From Paraspadella gotoi (taxonomy: Eukaryota; Animalia; Chaetognatha), in NCBI GenBank assembly GCA_051294375.1, contig JBJCIZ010000282.1:562809-626808 (forward strand): a DNA stretch of 64,000 nucleotides. The letters are read 5' to 3'. The translations under genes and the position numbers were made by a program. This document shows, in pieces, positions 1-12,109 of the stretch. Under the pieces are notes generated by a model that was given only the letters and a program-made list of their open reading frames with translations, ran no database searches and had not been told where the DNA came from. The stretch's first letter is position 1, and each line of letters opens with the position of its first letter.

Positions 1-984
1 GGATGACGACCCGACGATCGACCTGAACGACGCCGGCGTGGAGGGCGCGTAAATGGGGACTGAGCGGCAACCCCTGGAGGCATTCGCTCCAATTGCGAAC
101 TAAAGGTAAAAAATATTTGCGGGTCTCGCGGTTCTTTAGGGCGAGTTCGTTATGATCCGAAAAAAACTTTTATGGCATCGGGGACAGATGGTGGGGTCGA
201 CGATGGGCGGGACACGCGAAAACCCCGATGAGGGCGAGGTAATGCGATGTGCTAATAACCAATTTTTCTCTTGTTGTCCAAAATTGATTACGTTTTAATT
301 TTTTACAGCTGGATGATAAATTCTCCGTCAGAAGTCGACTTTGCGAACTACGCGGGACCTACGATCACCTGTCCTGGTGGTCGTTAGGTTTATTCTACAT
401 AGTTCGACGGGTGAGGCGGGGTGGGCACGTCGTCCCTCGAGGCGTCCGACCTCCTCCCCCCTTGCACAGGGTCGGCGCGGCGAGATCGATCGAGGGCGAG
501 GACTCTTCCCGGGTCGCGCTGCGGCGTCTCCCGCGATGAGAGATTCGCCCTACACCATTAGATTGCGCGGCGGGTGTAGGATCAACCATTGCGGCGGCAT
601 AATACGCGCCAAAATTCATTTTGTACACCGCGCTCAAATTCACGCTCCAACACTGATGGGGGAGAAACATTTATGGCGAACTGCGAGAGGGTGGCGAGAG
701 AGCGAGGAGGATCTTGTGAGTTGGGACGGATGGGTTCTCACCATCGTCATCCCTTGAGAGGCGTTGGCCTTCGCCCGCGCCAATTCAAAAACTCGCTTAA
801 AAAAAGCGTCCCAATCAATGACCAGTGCCATTGGCTCGATGGTCAAAAACGCCGGCTTGGAAGCCGACGGGGTCCCCCTCGACGTTGGGGTGATGATGGC
901 CGGCGGCTCGGTGTAGTATTCGCCGTAATAATAATAGTCATTCTGGATGACCGGCCGAGCGAGGGTCAGCGCAAAAAAACACGT

Positions 985-1827
985 TACGAAGTAAATGGGA
1001 AACTTGACGTGGACGAGAACGCGATAAGGATCTTCATCGGCCTTTCTTCTTTCGAACGGGATCACTTTGAGCAACAAACTAAATGTTGATGAGGTACGCC
1101 AAAATTTAAAAAAATTTGAGTATAGTAAAAGGGCATTGCAAAATTGTAATTGAAGCGTCATTGCCAATTTGCCATTGGCATTTTCGTCCGCGCTTTTCAT
1201 GTCGTAATTTGTAGTGTCACTAAATATCCTCGTCTCTTTGACCGTTTGACCTTTCGTGTCTACGTACTGATATTCGTAACTTCCCCCTATTTTACTCTTT
1301 CCAAGTATCAGTTCGTTGTCGACCGTTGGAGAATTGTCATTGCCCATGGTAAACAATATGGGACCGTTGATAGATATGGTAACAAATTCATCCTTTAACT
1401 TGTAGTGAATTTTTCTGTCGTTGTTATTGTAAGAAAAAACCTTTTTAAGACGAGGGATTTGAGAGGCGATCAACTCGTTGAGAGTCACGCAAAGATGCTC
1501 CCCCGTCTTAAAATTCCCTTCCTGTACTTTTACGTCGTAAAATCGACCCCACGTGGCTATTGGAACGACTGGGTTGTCCGATACTTTGTAGAGAAAATCA
1601 AAAAGGGTTAGATAATTTTCATCCGGGTTGTGAGGATTCAATATAGAATTAACGTATGAAAATTCTAAAAGAGCGCATTCCCAGTTTCCGCCAGTTAATT
1701 GGACGGGGTCTGGCAATTTATTCATAAAATCCCCGCTTTTGTTATCCGCAAAAAATTTTCCCTCGTCGACGTCAGAAGAGATCATGACGTAAAAATCGTC
1801 CTCCCCGCCCAAGAAGGTCGTCGACAT
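985..1827 (-). CDS. Maverick/adintovirus minor capsid protein (penton), C-terminally truncated and fused to unrelated sequence
   Basis: N-terminus FYVMISSD..FFADNKSGDFMNKLPDPVQLTGGNWECALLEFSY matches the Maverick penton N-terminal pattern (FYvtLpS...F.dN...F..kLp.pi.L.g.WevAL.e). It also has the late LLKVIP motif and overlaps the 3' end of an integrase. Homology ends near KFPIYF (~985), although the ORF runs on to 640. Confidence 0.8.
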
Positions 1828-2370
1828 TCTCTTTGCTCATCCAAGTGCCATGATCCGAATCGCTCGATTTCACTAGGTACTCCGTAGACTCTCCCGACTT
1901 ACGACCCGATCTTAATTTCCGGCCCCCTCTTTTTCGCGTCTTTACTACAAAATAACGGTTTTCTTTAACCGATTTAGGTGCTTCCGCCGGGACGAGTTGA
2001 TGGTCGTAGTAGGTTTTAGGAGAATTTTCCAACTTGTAAGTGATGGGCGTTGTTTTTTGTACTTTTCTAACGCGAAAAAATTTATTCTCGTTTCTTTGGG
2101 CGTAACCGCGAGAAAAAACTGTCCTTTTAATAGTTCGTTTGACCAGTTGACCAACCTTAAAACGTGGGAGTCTGTGAGCTAAGCGGGCTCTGCGATCTCG
2201 TCGCGCTTTTAAATATTTCGACCTCAAAAATTCTTCGTTCTTAGGTTTATGGGCGAGAGAGGGGGAGAGACCGAAAAGACCGACTCTCGGGCGGGCGTTG
2301 TAAGCCATGATGCAATATGGTAGGTACTTGGCAAAATTCCAATCTGACATGGCGTAAGAGATATATGTTT
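1772..2370 (-). pseudogene. Maverick retroviral-like integrase, C-terminal half only
   Basis: YN.RP...GLSP, FKVGQLV, FSRGY, P.TYKL, YY..QL and EYLVK motifs, alignable by eye to the complete integrase at 54894-56044. The frame is closed by a stop at ~2371 and the DDE core is absent. Confidence 0.85.
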
Positions 2371-2611
2371 ACACCTAGCCATCAGTGATAAGGATAAGCG
2401 AAGCGAACTCGAGTGTTTTTAATTGGAATCCTGTGATTAAATCTGTTTTTAATCTGAATCTTGTGATTAAATCGACGGAGATACTTGAGAATAAAGATTT
2501 CGACTGATAGTCTTACTGTTTTTGCTGAATTAGTAAAGAAACTGAATAATCGACTATGACTTTATTGTAATAATAAACAAATGGATGACAATGAAAAAAA
2601 AAAAAAATACA

Positions 2612-4835
2612 TCAAATGGTATTATACACTTCTTTTCGTCGATCAAAAATTGTTTCTTCTTCTTCTTCTCCCTCTTCCTTTTCACTTTCTTCAATCCCCC
2701 TTATTTCTTTTACCCATTCCCCTAATCTTATATCCCTCCCTCTTCTTTCTCTCCCTCTTTCGTTTTCTTCCACGATGAAAATGTTTTTATTTCTTCTATT
2801 TTGTCGCATTCTTATAAGACGTCGAAATTGGCGCCTGCAAATGGCGCCAACACACATGATGATCCCTAGCGCCCCTATCACGCTCGCAATAGCAATTATG
2901 TAGATGCTGTAGAAATAAATTGTAAAATGTTTTTTATAAAATCATTATCCAATTTTAAAATGAATTTTTTGGAATTTAAAACATCGATTTATACTCACAT
3001 TAAACTACTCTGCCAAAAGGACCTTTCTTCTCTCGTCCCTATCGTCGTCTTCACCCTCGTCGTCACCGTCGCCGTTTTCGAATTTTGATCGACGAATCTG
3101 AAAAAAAGATTTGAAGCAAAATTAATAATTTTTTTTTTATTCCTCTTGAAGGCAAAGAAATTATGATTTGCAGGCGAATGGTTTTTTTGAGGCGAAATAA
3201 CACGAAGAAATTACTTTTTTGAGGCTGTTGTTGAGAGGCGGCTGTTGTCGGTTAAGATGCGGTCGCTGCTTTGTCGAGAGAGGCCGCGGCTGTTGTCGAA
3301 GAGCGCGGCTATTGTCGCGACAGAGGCGACTGTTGTTCGACAGTAGGCGGCTTGTGTCCGAGATAGACTGGCGCTTGTTGTGAAGAGGCGGTTGTTGTCG
3401 AAGAGGCGGTAATGTCGTACGAGAAGCAGACGGCTGATTTGTCGAAAGAGGCGGCTGTTGTCGAAGAGCGGCTGTTGTCGAAGTAGGAGGCTGTTTGTAG
3501 AAGAGGAGGCTGCGTTTTGTGAAGAAGGAGGCTGTTGTAGAACGAGGAGACCTGGTTGTAGATAGAGGAGACTGTTGTAGAAGAGGCAGGCTGTTTGTAG
3601 GAAGAGAAGGTAGAAGAGGAGGCTGTTTTGTAGAAGAGGAAGGTAGAAGAGGAGGCTGTTGTAGAGAGGAGGTACGAAGAGGAGGCTGTTCTGTAGAAGA
3701 GGAGGTAAGAAGAGGAGGCTGTTTTGTAGAAGAGGAAAGGTAGAAGAGGAGACTGTTGTAGAAGAGGAAGGCTGTTGTAGGAGAAGGTAGGAAAGAGGAG
3801 GCTGTTTAGAAGAGGAGGTAGAAGAGGCAGCTGTTGTAGAAAGAGGAGGTAGACAGGGAGGCTGTTGTAGAAGAGGAGGTAAGATAGACGGAGGCCTTGT
3901 TGATGCCCTCTAGCATCTTTTTTGAAGGTCGAGGAAGCCGATTCCACTTGAACGCGTGCAGACAGCCGTCGAACATAATCATTGGCGCCACCACGGTGAC
4001 GGCGCTGCCAAGCGGAATTTTTGGTTCCGTTTCGAAAGTCGAAGGCCGTAGACGATGGCGCCGCGTCGGACGACGCGTCGTCAGGAAAGGATCGTCGGCG
4101 CCTGAAATGGGCAAGGCTCGGGGATCTTTCGGGGAGAAAAAAGAGAAATCGGAGGTCAGAATCGATTATTAGGAATTCCTAGATTTCGGTTCTAATTGAC
4201 GAACGTTGATTCTGACGTCGTTTGTTGACGAAGCTTGTAACGCATTGTGTGACAAAAACTTACAGATGGGTGAACGTAAATTGGTGGACAACGACAGCTT
4301 GTGAACAGAAAGTTCCGGATCCACTTGTGATCGGAACAGCCACGGCGTTCATCTGGACCCGCTCGATTGGCGAGCCGTCGGTTGATTTCGAACGAGAATG
4401 TAGCAGATTCAGCGTGGGCCGCGAGGCGCGGGCGTAGGCCGGGGCGGGGGCGCAATAAAAAAAACTCCGCCTCGAAGGATGATTGGATCGAAGAAGCCGA
4501 GGTGGTCTGGTCGGCTTATCACAAAAAATCTATTTTCGCGGGCGCATTCCCTGGAACAGAGTCTGCACTCCGATGCCGCAGCAGGCGGTAAGGCGACATC
4601 GACGGAGCCCCGCGCGCGTGATGCACCGGCCGAAAACCGTTGGCCGCTCGGGCATCGCTTGAAAGAGAGAAAAGTGAGACGAAAGCGACCGATATACCCT
4701 CGGAAGCTGCTTGATAGAGACGACGAGCAGGCGAACGAGGGGGAGAAAAGCCCTTGCTTGGATTCGCGGTGGATGGGAGAATCCTGGTGGTGGAGAGGTG
4801 GAAAATGTGGTTGGATGTTTTAATTGAATACCTAC
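2612..4835 (-). CDS. Spliced type-I membrane protein with Cys-containing N-part, Ser/Thr-rich mucin-like repeat stalk and C-terminal TM helix (frameshifted)
   Basis: Minus-strand GT-AG junctions: donor GTGAGT at ~2998, acceptor TTCTACAG at ~2908, donor GTAAGT at ~4264. TM segment IYIIAIASVIGALGIIMCVGAIC is followed by RRQFRR. TTASSS-type repeats lie at 3220-3890. Confidence 0.5.
3220..3890. repeat. Degenerate tandem repeat (GAGGCTGTTGTAGAA-like units)
   Basis: Directly visible; reads as Thr/Ala/Ser-rich peptide on the minus strand. Confidence 0.85.
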
Positions 4836-5319
4836 AAATTAAAAAAAATAGGCGAAAATAAATGATGATAAAACTGACACGGAAGAAGAAACTAGTAACT
4901 AAAGAAGAAAATCGAAAGAAAGGAAGCGATTTGGGGCAAAGACGTTAAATAGAAGGAAAAAGGTAAGTTAAGAAAAGAAAAGAAAAAAGAAAAAAAATTT
5001 TACCTGAAAGAATCGGGAGAAGAAACGGATTTACTGTGTCGCCGCCCGACAGAAAATGAGGTTAATGGAATAAACCGAGCGAAAATGATTAAACGCCTTA
5101 TGGCGGCGGGGGAAAGAAAAGGGGGGAAAAGACAAGGGTGAAGGGGGAGAAGTGAAGAAGAGAAGAAGGGACGAGAAAAAAATTAAATAGGGAAGAAAAT
5201 AAAAGAGAAAGGAAAGTGGAAAAAAGAAGGTCTCAGAAAAAATATAAATAAAATTCGCTATGATATTACAGGAATTAACTATATAAATAAGTTATAAACC
5301 ACTACAAAAATTTATAGTT

Positions 5320-5743
5320 AAACAAGTTTGAGTACAAACATGCCCGTGACTCTGCCCCCCATAGGCGGTAGCAGCTGAATCAGATAATATTAATATTCAT
5401 ATTACATTTTTTTATTTGTGTCAAATGTGTTCCCCCACCCCACTTTGTCTTGCCTCCACAATCTCAATTACAATATTTTTAAGTTGCAATAATTAATATA
5501 TCTTATTTATTACTAATTAATTATGGCAGCTTGAATTTTTCCAATTTACATTATAAAAAAAGCCATAATCAAATAGATTGTTTGTTTTTTTTTTTTTCCA
5601 ACATTTTTTTTTTTAACTCATTTCCCACTTGGGAACGATATCCACTACCGAAAACTTTTATTTTCTGCTCATCACAATCACAAAAATTGAAGCTCAATCG
5701 CCCCATGCACGTCATGAGTAATTGACGTTTTAAAAAATAGTGA
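5320..5743 (+). repeat. Fragment of dispersed repeat family (HINE/DINE-1-like)
   Basis: AACAAGTTTGAG start and the AACTCATTTCC...TCAATCGCCCCAT block are shared with 16882-17630. Confidence 0.5.
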
Positions 5744-6492
5744 NNNNNNNNNNNNNNNNNNNNNNNNNGTATGGGCGTTCTCGGTGATGGACGCCACGGA
5801 AACGTCGCATAAGTTGTTGTCGTCGTCGTCCTCCTTGGTGTCGTCGTCCTCCTTGGTGTCGTCGTCTTCCTTGTTGTCGTCGTCGTCGTCGTCTGTCTTG
5901 GCGCCATCGTCGTCGCCGCGAGGGATAAGTGTTGAGATCTGATAAGAAGAGAGAGAAAAAAAATTTGAGGCGAAAAAAAAAATTCGAGGCGAAAAAAAAA
6001 CATTCGAGGCGAAAAAAAAACATTCGAGGCGAAAAAAAATAAACTTACAACAAGAGACGAAACCGGTCCATGGCGGCGCGCGTGAAGCGCCAGCATTGAT
6101 ATCGAACGAATGCTGTCAGGAATAAGAGAGAACGAGACGACTAGTTAGTGTTTTGCGTTGCCACGACCCAATTCTTCTCGACAAGCTTACTTTCCGTTTT
6201 TCCTTCCTGTCGATATCTGATAACGCAATTCTGAAAGAAAGAGAGAAAGAAAGGCATTAGTATAAATGTTATTATTTTTTATGTTGTCCCAATATACGCT
6301 GTAAATACACTAACATTAAACTCTTCCGATTCCCCTAACACTTGGCCTTCTCGAATTTGGGGGTTGCCATTGGTCACTGCGACCAAACAAAAAAAAACCA
6401 AAAAAAGTTTCATTTTTAGAATTTCTGAAAATAAAAAAAAACGCCAAAAGTATAAATATCAGAAAAAAATCCCAAAAAAAAATATTAATTCT

Positions 6493-7277
6493 ATGTCTAT
6501 CATGGATTTATCCCAAAAACCGTCACACTGCTGCGACTTGATAGCGCCATTCGGTTGTCTGGTCTTCGGCTCAACGATGAGGTAAGTTATCATGACATAA
6601 AAAAAGTTTAAACAACGTTTCAAGATTCCCACATGTGTATTTTTTTTAGTGGAAAAACGACTTTAATTCTACGGCTTTTGCGCGACATATCAAGCGTCTG
6701 TTCTACCCCAGTTAACAAAATAACATATTTTTATGAACAGTTCAATCCAGAATTTGACAAGGCTAAAGAGGAAATTCCAAATATTGAATTTCGTCAAGGG
6801 GCGGATGAATCCTACTTCTCCGATAATGTAGAAGGTGAAATACCCACCGATGGTCAAGAGGGGTTACCTCATAATATCATCGTATTAGATGACAATCTGA
6901 AATCGTATTCAAAAAATTGGTTGATGATAGCCTTTTCGGTGATGATTCATCATAAAAAAACGTCTATCATAGCCGTCTCTCACGAGATTTTTTCACAGAC
7001 AAATAAAGAATTACGTTTTATTCAAGGTCAGTGCTCATATTTAATCTTATGTAATTTGAGGAGGGATCGCTCATCTCTCATTCACCTCGGTAGACAATTG
7101 GAACCAAGATGTCCTTTAAGTTTACTGGAAATATTTGACGACATTAAGGCTCAAGATAAGTTCAATTATTTATTAATTATATTCACAATTTAGTGGTAAT
7201 CAAGAAATTCAGTATATACAGCAGACTTTTTACCTTCTGATCCTTATTTCACTCAAGTTTATTTCGTTAAAAAATGA
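6493..7277 (+). CDS. Maverick FtsK/A32-like packaging ATPase; two exons (intron 6582-6649), 3' frameshift
   Basis: Splicing ATG AG|gtaagt...tttttag|T GGA AAA ACG rebuilds Walker A (PFGCLVFGSTMSGKTT). Walker B is IIVLDD, followed by HH.K.SII and FNYLLI motifs. The tail ADFLPSDPYFTQVYFVKK* is in a shifted frame and ends in ATGA overlapping the next start. Confidence 0.85.
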
Positions 7278-7636
7278 ATTCTTCTTCCCTAGCCGTAAAA
7301 AGATTCAAAGAAAATCTTCCGTTCTTGAATCAAATCAAAAAATTGACCGCTTCTCAACAAAAAAAAGTTTTAAAATTAGCACCTAAAGATTTTCTTCTCA
7401 CCCTCAGCGACATTTGTTTAAACATATTAAAAGAAAACATAAAATTAAAACCGTCACAAATAGAAAAACTAAGAAAGTTTAAACATATTTTACACGGATT
7501 ATCTTTAAAGAGAACCTCTTTGAAGCAAAGAAAGAAATTCGTTCAGAAAGGTGGGTTTCTCTCAACTGTTCTTTCTTTTTTACCATTGGCTGCTATGTTA
7601 ATTAACCAAATAGTTCAATCTACCAAAAAAAAGTAA
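7274..7636 (+). CDS. Conserved small basic Maverick/adintovirus protein with QKGGFL protease-site motif and hydrophobic tail
   Basis: Pattern L..L.....Q.K.VL......L..L.DICLNIL..NI.L...Q...L.K.K..L..L...S...RKK.VQKGGFL; usual position directly after the ATPase. Confidence 0.8.
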   Translation: MNSSSLAVKRFKENLPFLNQIKKLTASQQKKVLKLAPKDFLLTLSDICLNILKENIKLKPSQIEKLRKFKHILHGLSLKRTSLKQRKKFVQKGGFLSTVLSFLPLAAMLINQIVQSTKKK

Positions 7637-7641
7637 TAATA

Positions 7642-7831
7642 ATGACTCAAAGAAAACAACCTTTAAGATTCAGCGAAAAGATGTTTCTTATTTCAGAAAG
7701 GGATCTTAATAATTACGGATTGGATAAAAATAAACAGGAGATTAAAAAAAAAGATTTACCTGATGATATAAAAGTTCGCACATTGAACGATGAGTTTATT
7801 CGTTCCAAGGCCCACGAAGAAGTTTTAGAAG
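7642..7831 (+). CDS. Conserved Maverick ORF (KM.L motif) that normally precedes the integrase; cut by N-gap
   Basis: FSEKMFLISE resembles FKKMYMLTE at 53895; LPDDIKVR..N motif; syntenic position. Confidence 0.55.
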
Positions 7832-8479
7832 NNNNNNNNNNNNNNNNNNNNNNNNNNNNNNNNNNNNNNNNNNNNNNNNNNNNNNNNNNNNNNNNNNNNN
7901 NNNNNNNNNNNNNNNNNNNNNNNNNNNNNNNGAAAAAGAATCATGAGTTAAGAATTAATAAACCCTTTGACAATTTTAAAAATGATTAAAGGAAAACATA
8001 GAGTCTAAATTACTGTAGAAGACTATCAGTCTCCACGCTTGCGGTCCAAGGCGTTCGAAGCGTCGCCGTCCAAAAAAGGGTTATGACAAGAGTCTCACTG
8101 ACTGAAGAATCTCCGCTAAGTGTAGAACGCGAATTTCCCAAAGTAAACGTATATTTTCGGTGACACAAACGTAGCAGAACGTGGCAATATTGTGACAAAA
8201 ATAACGTAGTGAAAACTCGTCGCGATAGGGTTAAACTATTTTCAATAATAACGGTCGGAAATTAGTCTCTATAAACAAATATTTAGTCGAAAATACTCAG
8301 TTAACGACTATGTTCCGTGAAAATTTAAATAAAATAGTTTTAAAATCAATTATGATTGTGAATTTTCTACGACCTGGACCAATTGGAGAGTAGCAAAATT
8401 TCGAAGTCTCGAGGATCGAGTGATTCTTTGTCTCGGCGAGTATAAAAGGATTGGGACCAGCTGTGCAGAATAACAACCA

Positions 8480-9300
8480 CTTTTTGCCCGCAAATTTTAA
8501 AATTCGTCTATTTTGAGAATCCCCCTTTTCCTAAAATTTCCATGGTTTTTCTCCACGAATTTTTCGTTGCCAGCGGAGTGAAGAGTAAAAAAATGAACGG
8601 GAAATTTACAAAGTGGTCAAGGAGAATTTCATATAACAAATAAAGATATAACTTTTTTTTCTCTCTCTTTCCACAAATTTTTTCTACCACTTTTCTCCAC
8701 GAATTTTTCGTTGCCAGCGGAGTGAAGAGTGAAGTTTTTGCCGACAAATTTACAACTCGGTCAAGGAGAATTTCGAAATCCTCTCACTCTCAGACCACAT
8801 AAAGAAACTAAAGAAATAACTTGTATAACTTTACTCTTTTCTACAAATTTTTTCTCCCCACTTTTCTCCACGAATTTTTTGTTGCCAGCGGAGTCTAGCG
8901 CGAAGTTTTTACCCCGAAATTCGCAACTCAGTCAAGGAGAATTTCGAAATCTTCTCAATCTCGGACCACATAAAGAAACTAAAGAAATAACTTGTATAAC
9001 TTTACTCTTTTCTACAAATTTTTTCTCCCCACTTTTCTCCACGAACTTTTTGTTGACAGCGGAGTCTAGCGCGAAGTTTTTACCCCGAAATTCGCAACTC
9101 GGTCAGGGAGAATTTCGAAATTTTCTCAATCTCGGACCACATAAAGAAACTAAAGAAATAACTTGTATAACTTTACTCTTTTCTACAAATTTTTTCTCCC
9201 CACTTTTCTCTACGAATTTTTTGTTGCCAGCGGAGTCTAGCGCGAAGTTTTTACCCCGAAATTCGCAACTCGGTCAAGGAGAATTTCCAAATCCTCACTC
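8480..9300. repeat. ~180-bp tandem repeat (about 4.5 copies)
   Basis: Recurring CTCCACGAATTTTT...GCCAGCGGAGT...GGTCAAGGAGAATTTCGAAAT units. Confidence 0.9.
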
Positions 9301-9444
9301 CACGCCGCTACACACCCCCCTTGCGCTCCGGACACTAATACTTACTACTATAACCCCCCCTCACTCCGGCCACTAATACCCAGTACTGTGGTCAAGAATC
9401 ACATATTAAAACTTATATCCATCTCACTGTCCAGTATATACTAC

Positions 9445-9920
9445 TCACCCCTTTGAGAGGGGCTACCCTTATTCAGAAGAAAAAATAATCAGAGAGAGAG
9501 AGAGAGAAAGAGTGAGAGAGAGAGAGATAGAGAGAAGCTGGACAGATGCTGGACCGCCGCTGCAGAGCTGAACTCGTTTTCCGATGAATCTGAGTAGGGC
9601 CAAACTCTTTTCCTTTCTATAAATAAATATTAAAAAATAAATATTTGGGTATAGAGCAATATAAGAAATTTTTTGTACATTAAAAGTATACTTAAAAATG
9701 CATAAATTTTAGTTTGAGCATGTTCCCATACTAAATTTTTGATTCACCCCATTGAGAGGGGCTTCCCCTATTCAGAAGAAAAAAAGAGAGAAAGAGAGAG
9801 CGACATATAATTAAAAGAGAGATAGAGAGAAGCCTGACAGCTGCTGGAATCAGAAGCAGCAGCGACGGAGAAAAAGAGAGAGAGAGAGAAAGAGAGAGAG
9901 ACATATTATTAAGAGAGAGA
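9445..9920. repeat. Local direct duplication with (AG)n tracts
   Basis: CACCCC..TGAGAGGGGCT..CCCT.ATTCAGAAGAAAAAA at ~9446 and ~9746. Confidence 0.7.
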
Positions 9921-9961
9921 AAAGCTCAACAGCCCTTTTACTCTTACTTAATAAGTAAGTA

Positions 9962-10025
9962 CCTATGGCGCCCGAGGTAGCGCGAACTCATCCCAAGCTG
10001 AAGGACTCGGGTTCGCGCCCTTGTG
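9962..10025 (+). repeat. Possible tRNA-derived SINE head
   Basis: A-box-like TGGCGCCCGAGG and B-box-like GGGTTCGCGCCC at tRNA-like spacing; no full cloverleaf. Confidence 0.3.
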
Positions 10026-10307
10026 ATTCATACAAGATAAGCGGAAAAAAAGAAAAAGAAAAAAGGGAGAATGGATGGTAAACTGCTGACGGCATCATCT
10101 TCCATATTGGTTTTCAAATATTGTTTATGACTTAGTTACTTTGTATTTCATTTAAAAAAATTCGTTTCATTTTTTCCATTTTAATAAATATCAGTTTCGT
10201 AATTTCTTTGTTTTCATTAAAAAAAAAGTTTAATTAGTGTAGAACAATTAAACAGAAATTAGCTAATTATCTCATTAACAAAAACAAAACTGTCTTAGAA
10301 ACTCTCT

Positions 10308-10490
10308 TCTATATCACTATAAAACTTATGCCATTTCTATATCAGCTCTAGTACCGCAATGCCGCTTCTATATCACTATAAAACTCATGCTGTTTCTACA
10401 TCTGCTCCAGTACCGCAATGCCGCTTCTAAATCACTATAAAACTCATGCTGCTTCTATATCAGCTCTAGTACTGCAATGCCGCTTCTAAA
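10308..10490. repeat. 60-bp tandem repeat, 3 copies
   Basis: ATCACTATAAAACT.ATGC....TCTA.ATC.GCTC.AGTAC.GCAATGCCGCTTCTA repeated. Confidence 0.9.
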
Positions 10491-12109
10491 ACATGCCGGT
10501 TCCATTGAAAACACGCTTTTGAAGCGGCAAATATGTATCTCTCATAATTTATCATAATTCGATGTTCTGACATAATTTAAGTAAATGCCCAACAAGATTG
10601 AGGGGCGGACCGACAGACCAACAAAGTGGAATATAGTAGGCATCTGCTGATAAGCGTATCCGACTAAAAACCTTTTCCTTTCTAAGGCAAAACTCAGTGC
10701 TAAACAATATTAACAGCCTACTACCTACTGGTCTTTCAGAAATTAAAAAAAAATCAAATTAATTTTTATTTAAAAATAACACAACAAATTTATTTTCAAT
10801 AAAATGTTTGTTGCTTTTAGTAAGAAACTTATTTAGGCTTAGGCTTGAAAAGGTTTGGAAATGTAAAATATCTCCAATTAACACCATGATTCCAGTCGTC
10901 CATTACGTCAACACTGCAATGAAAATAAAATACTATTGCATGAAAAAAATATACATTAGGACTAAGATCTGACGAAAACAGCCAGAGGTTTTTTTAATGT
11001 ATTCTTATACCGGCCAATGTGGAATGATGGCAATATTGCTATTGTTAAGTTTCAAAAAAATCCGACCATAAATATAGAAAATATTAACCAAAATCTTCGG
11101 AAAATCCACCCCTTCTTTGGAAGATTTTTGCCAAAGAAGATTTTTCCCCAATCTGACTCCCGGTTAAAAACTCTTAGAATTCTGATTGTTAGCTCGTCTT
11201 TTACTTTTACTTTAAATAAATATTTTACCAAAATGGACTAATTCACTTTACCATGATCGTATCATATTAAAATAACTAAATAAAATGTAAAGACAAATTT
11301 TGAGAGCCCTTCAGACATATGGCTATCGGATTTCTGAATTTGAAGTTTATTGTAAAATCACAACATATGTTAAATGCATTTACATTGCATTGAAGTGCAG
11401 AAATCCCTTTATTTTATATATAAAAATTGTGTCAAAAATATTTTCCCAAGCAGACTAGTCCATTTGAATCTGATGTTTTGATGCCAAAATGAAGGTTATT
11501 TGACAAGAGAAAAACAAAGCGAGCCCTTCAGATACAATAGGATCGGAATCTAGTGTTTTTACATCTATTTTTTACCTGAATTTTTCCCAGGAACGTTTAC
11601 ATTGTTTGGTAGTCAGATTTTAGCAAAAATCTCCATTGAAAAAGTCTTCCTTGATTTCTAAGAACGACGTAGAATCCTAACTTACCGTTTTTTTTTAAAT
11701 AAAAATTATTTTGAATTACGACGAAGTTTTATAAAAGTGTGCGATCATAGTAAGTTAAAAATTTAGATATGGCTTCTCATTTTGAAATAGCTTTGATATT
11801 TTCATATTACATTTGGATTTAATTTTTTTTTGTTTGAATTTCCACTTCATTATGATTTACTGCAATATGCAAATGAGATTATAGTACTCATTATAATATC
11901 CAAATTAGTTTATAGAAATTTTTTTTAAAATCTTTAATAAACATGGGAAATCAAAAGACCTTTTTAATGAGAAGCTATATCTTAATTTTAATACAAATAA
12001 AAATAAAATCTTGTACAACCTATGATTGTAAAAATTTGTAACAATTTCAAATTGTAAACCATTGTAACATTTTTTGCCTTTTTTTTATTTATTTTTTAAT
12101 TATATATAT

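Noticed and set aside
8729-9376. 215-aa repetitive ORF
   Set aside because: Product of a 180-bp (multiple of 3) tandem repeat; no protein-like features.
9962-10025. Functional tRNA gene
   Set aside because: A/B-box-like motifs only; acceptor and anticodon stems do not form.
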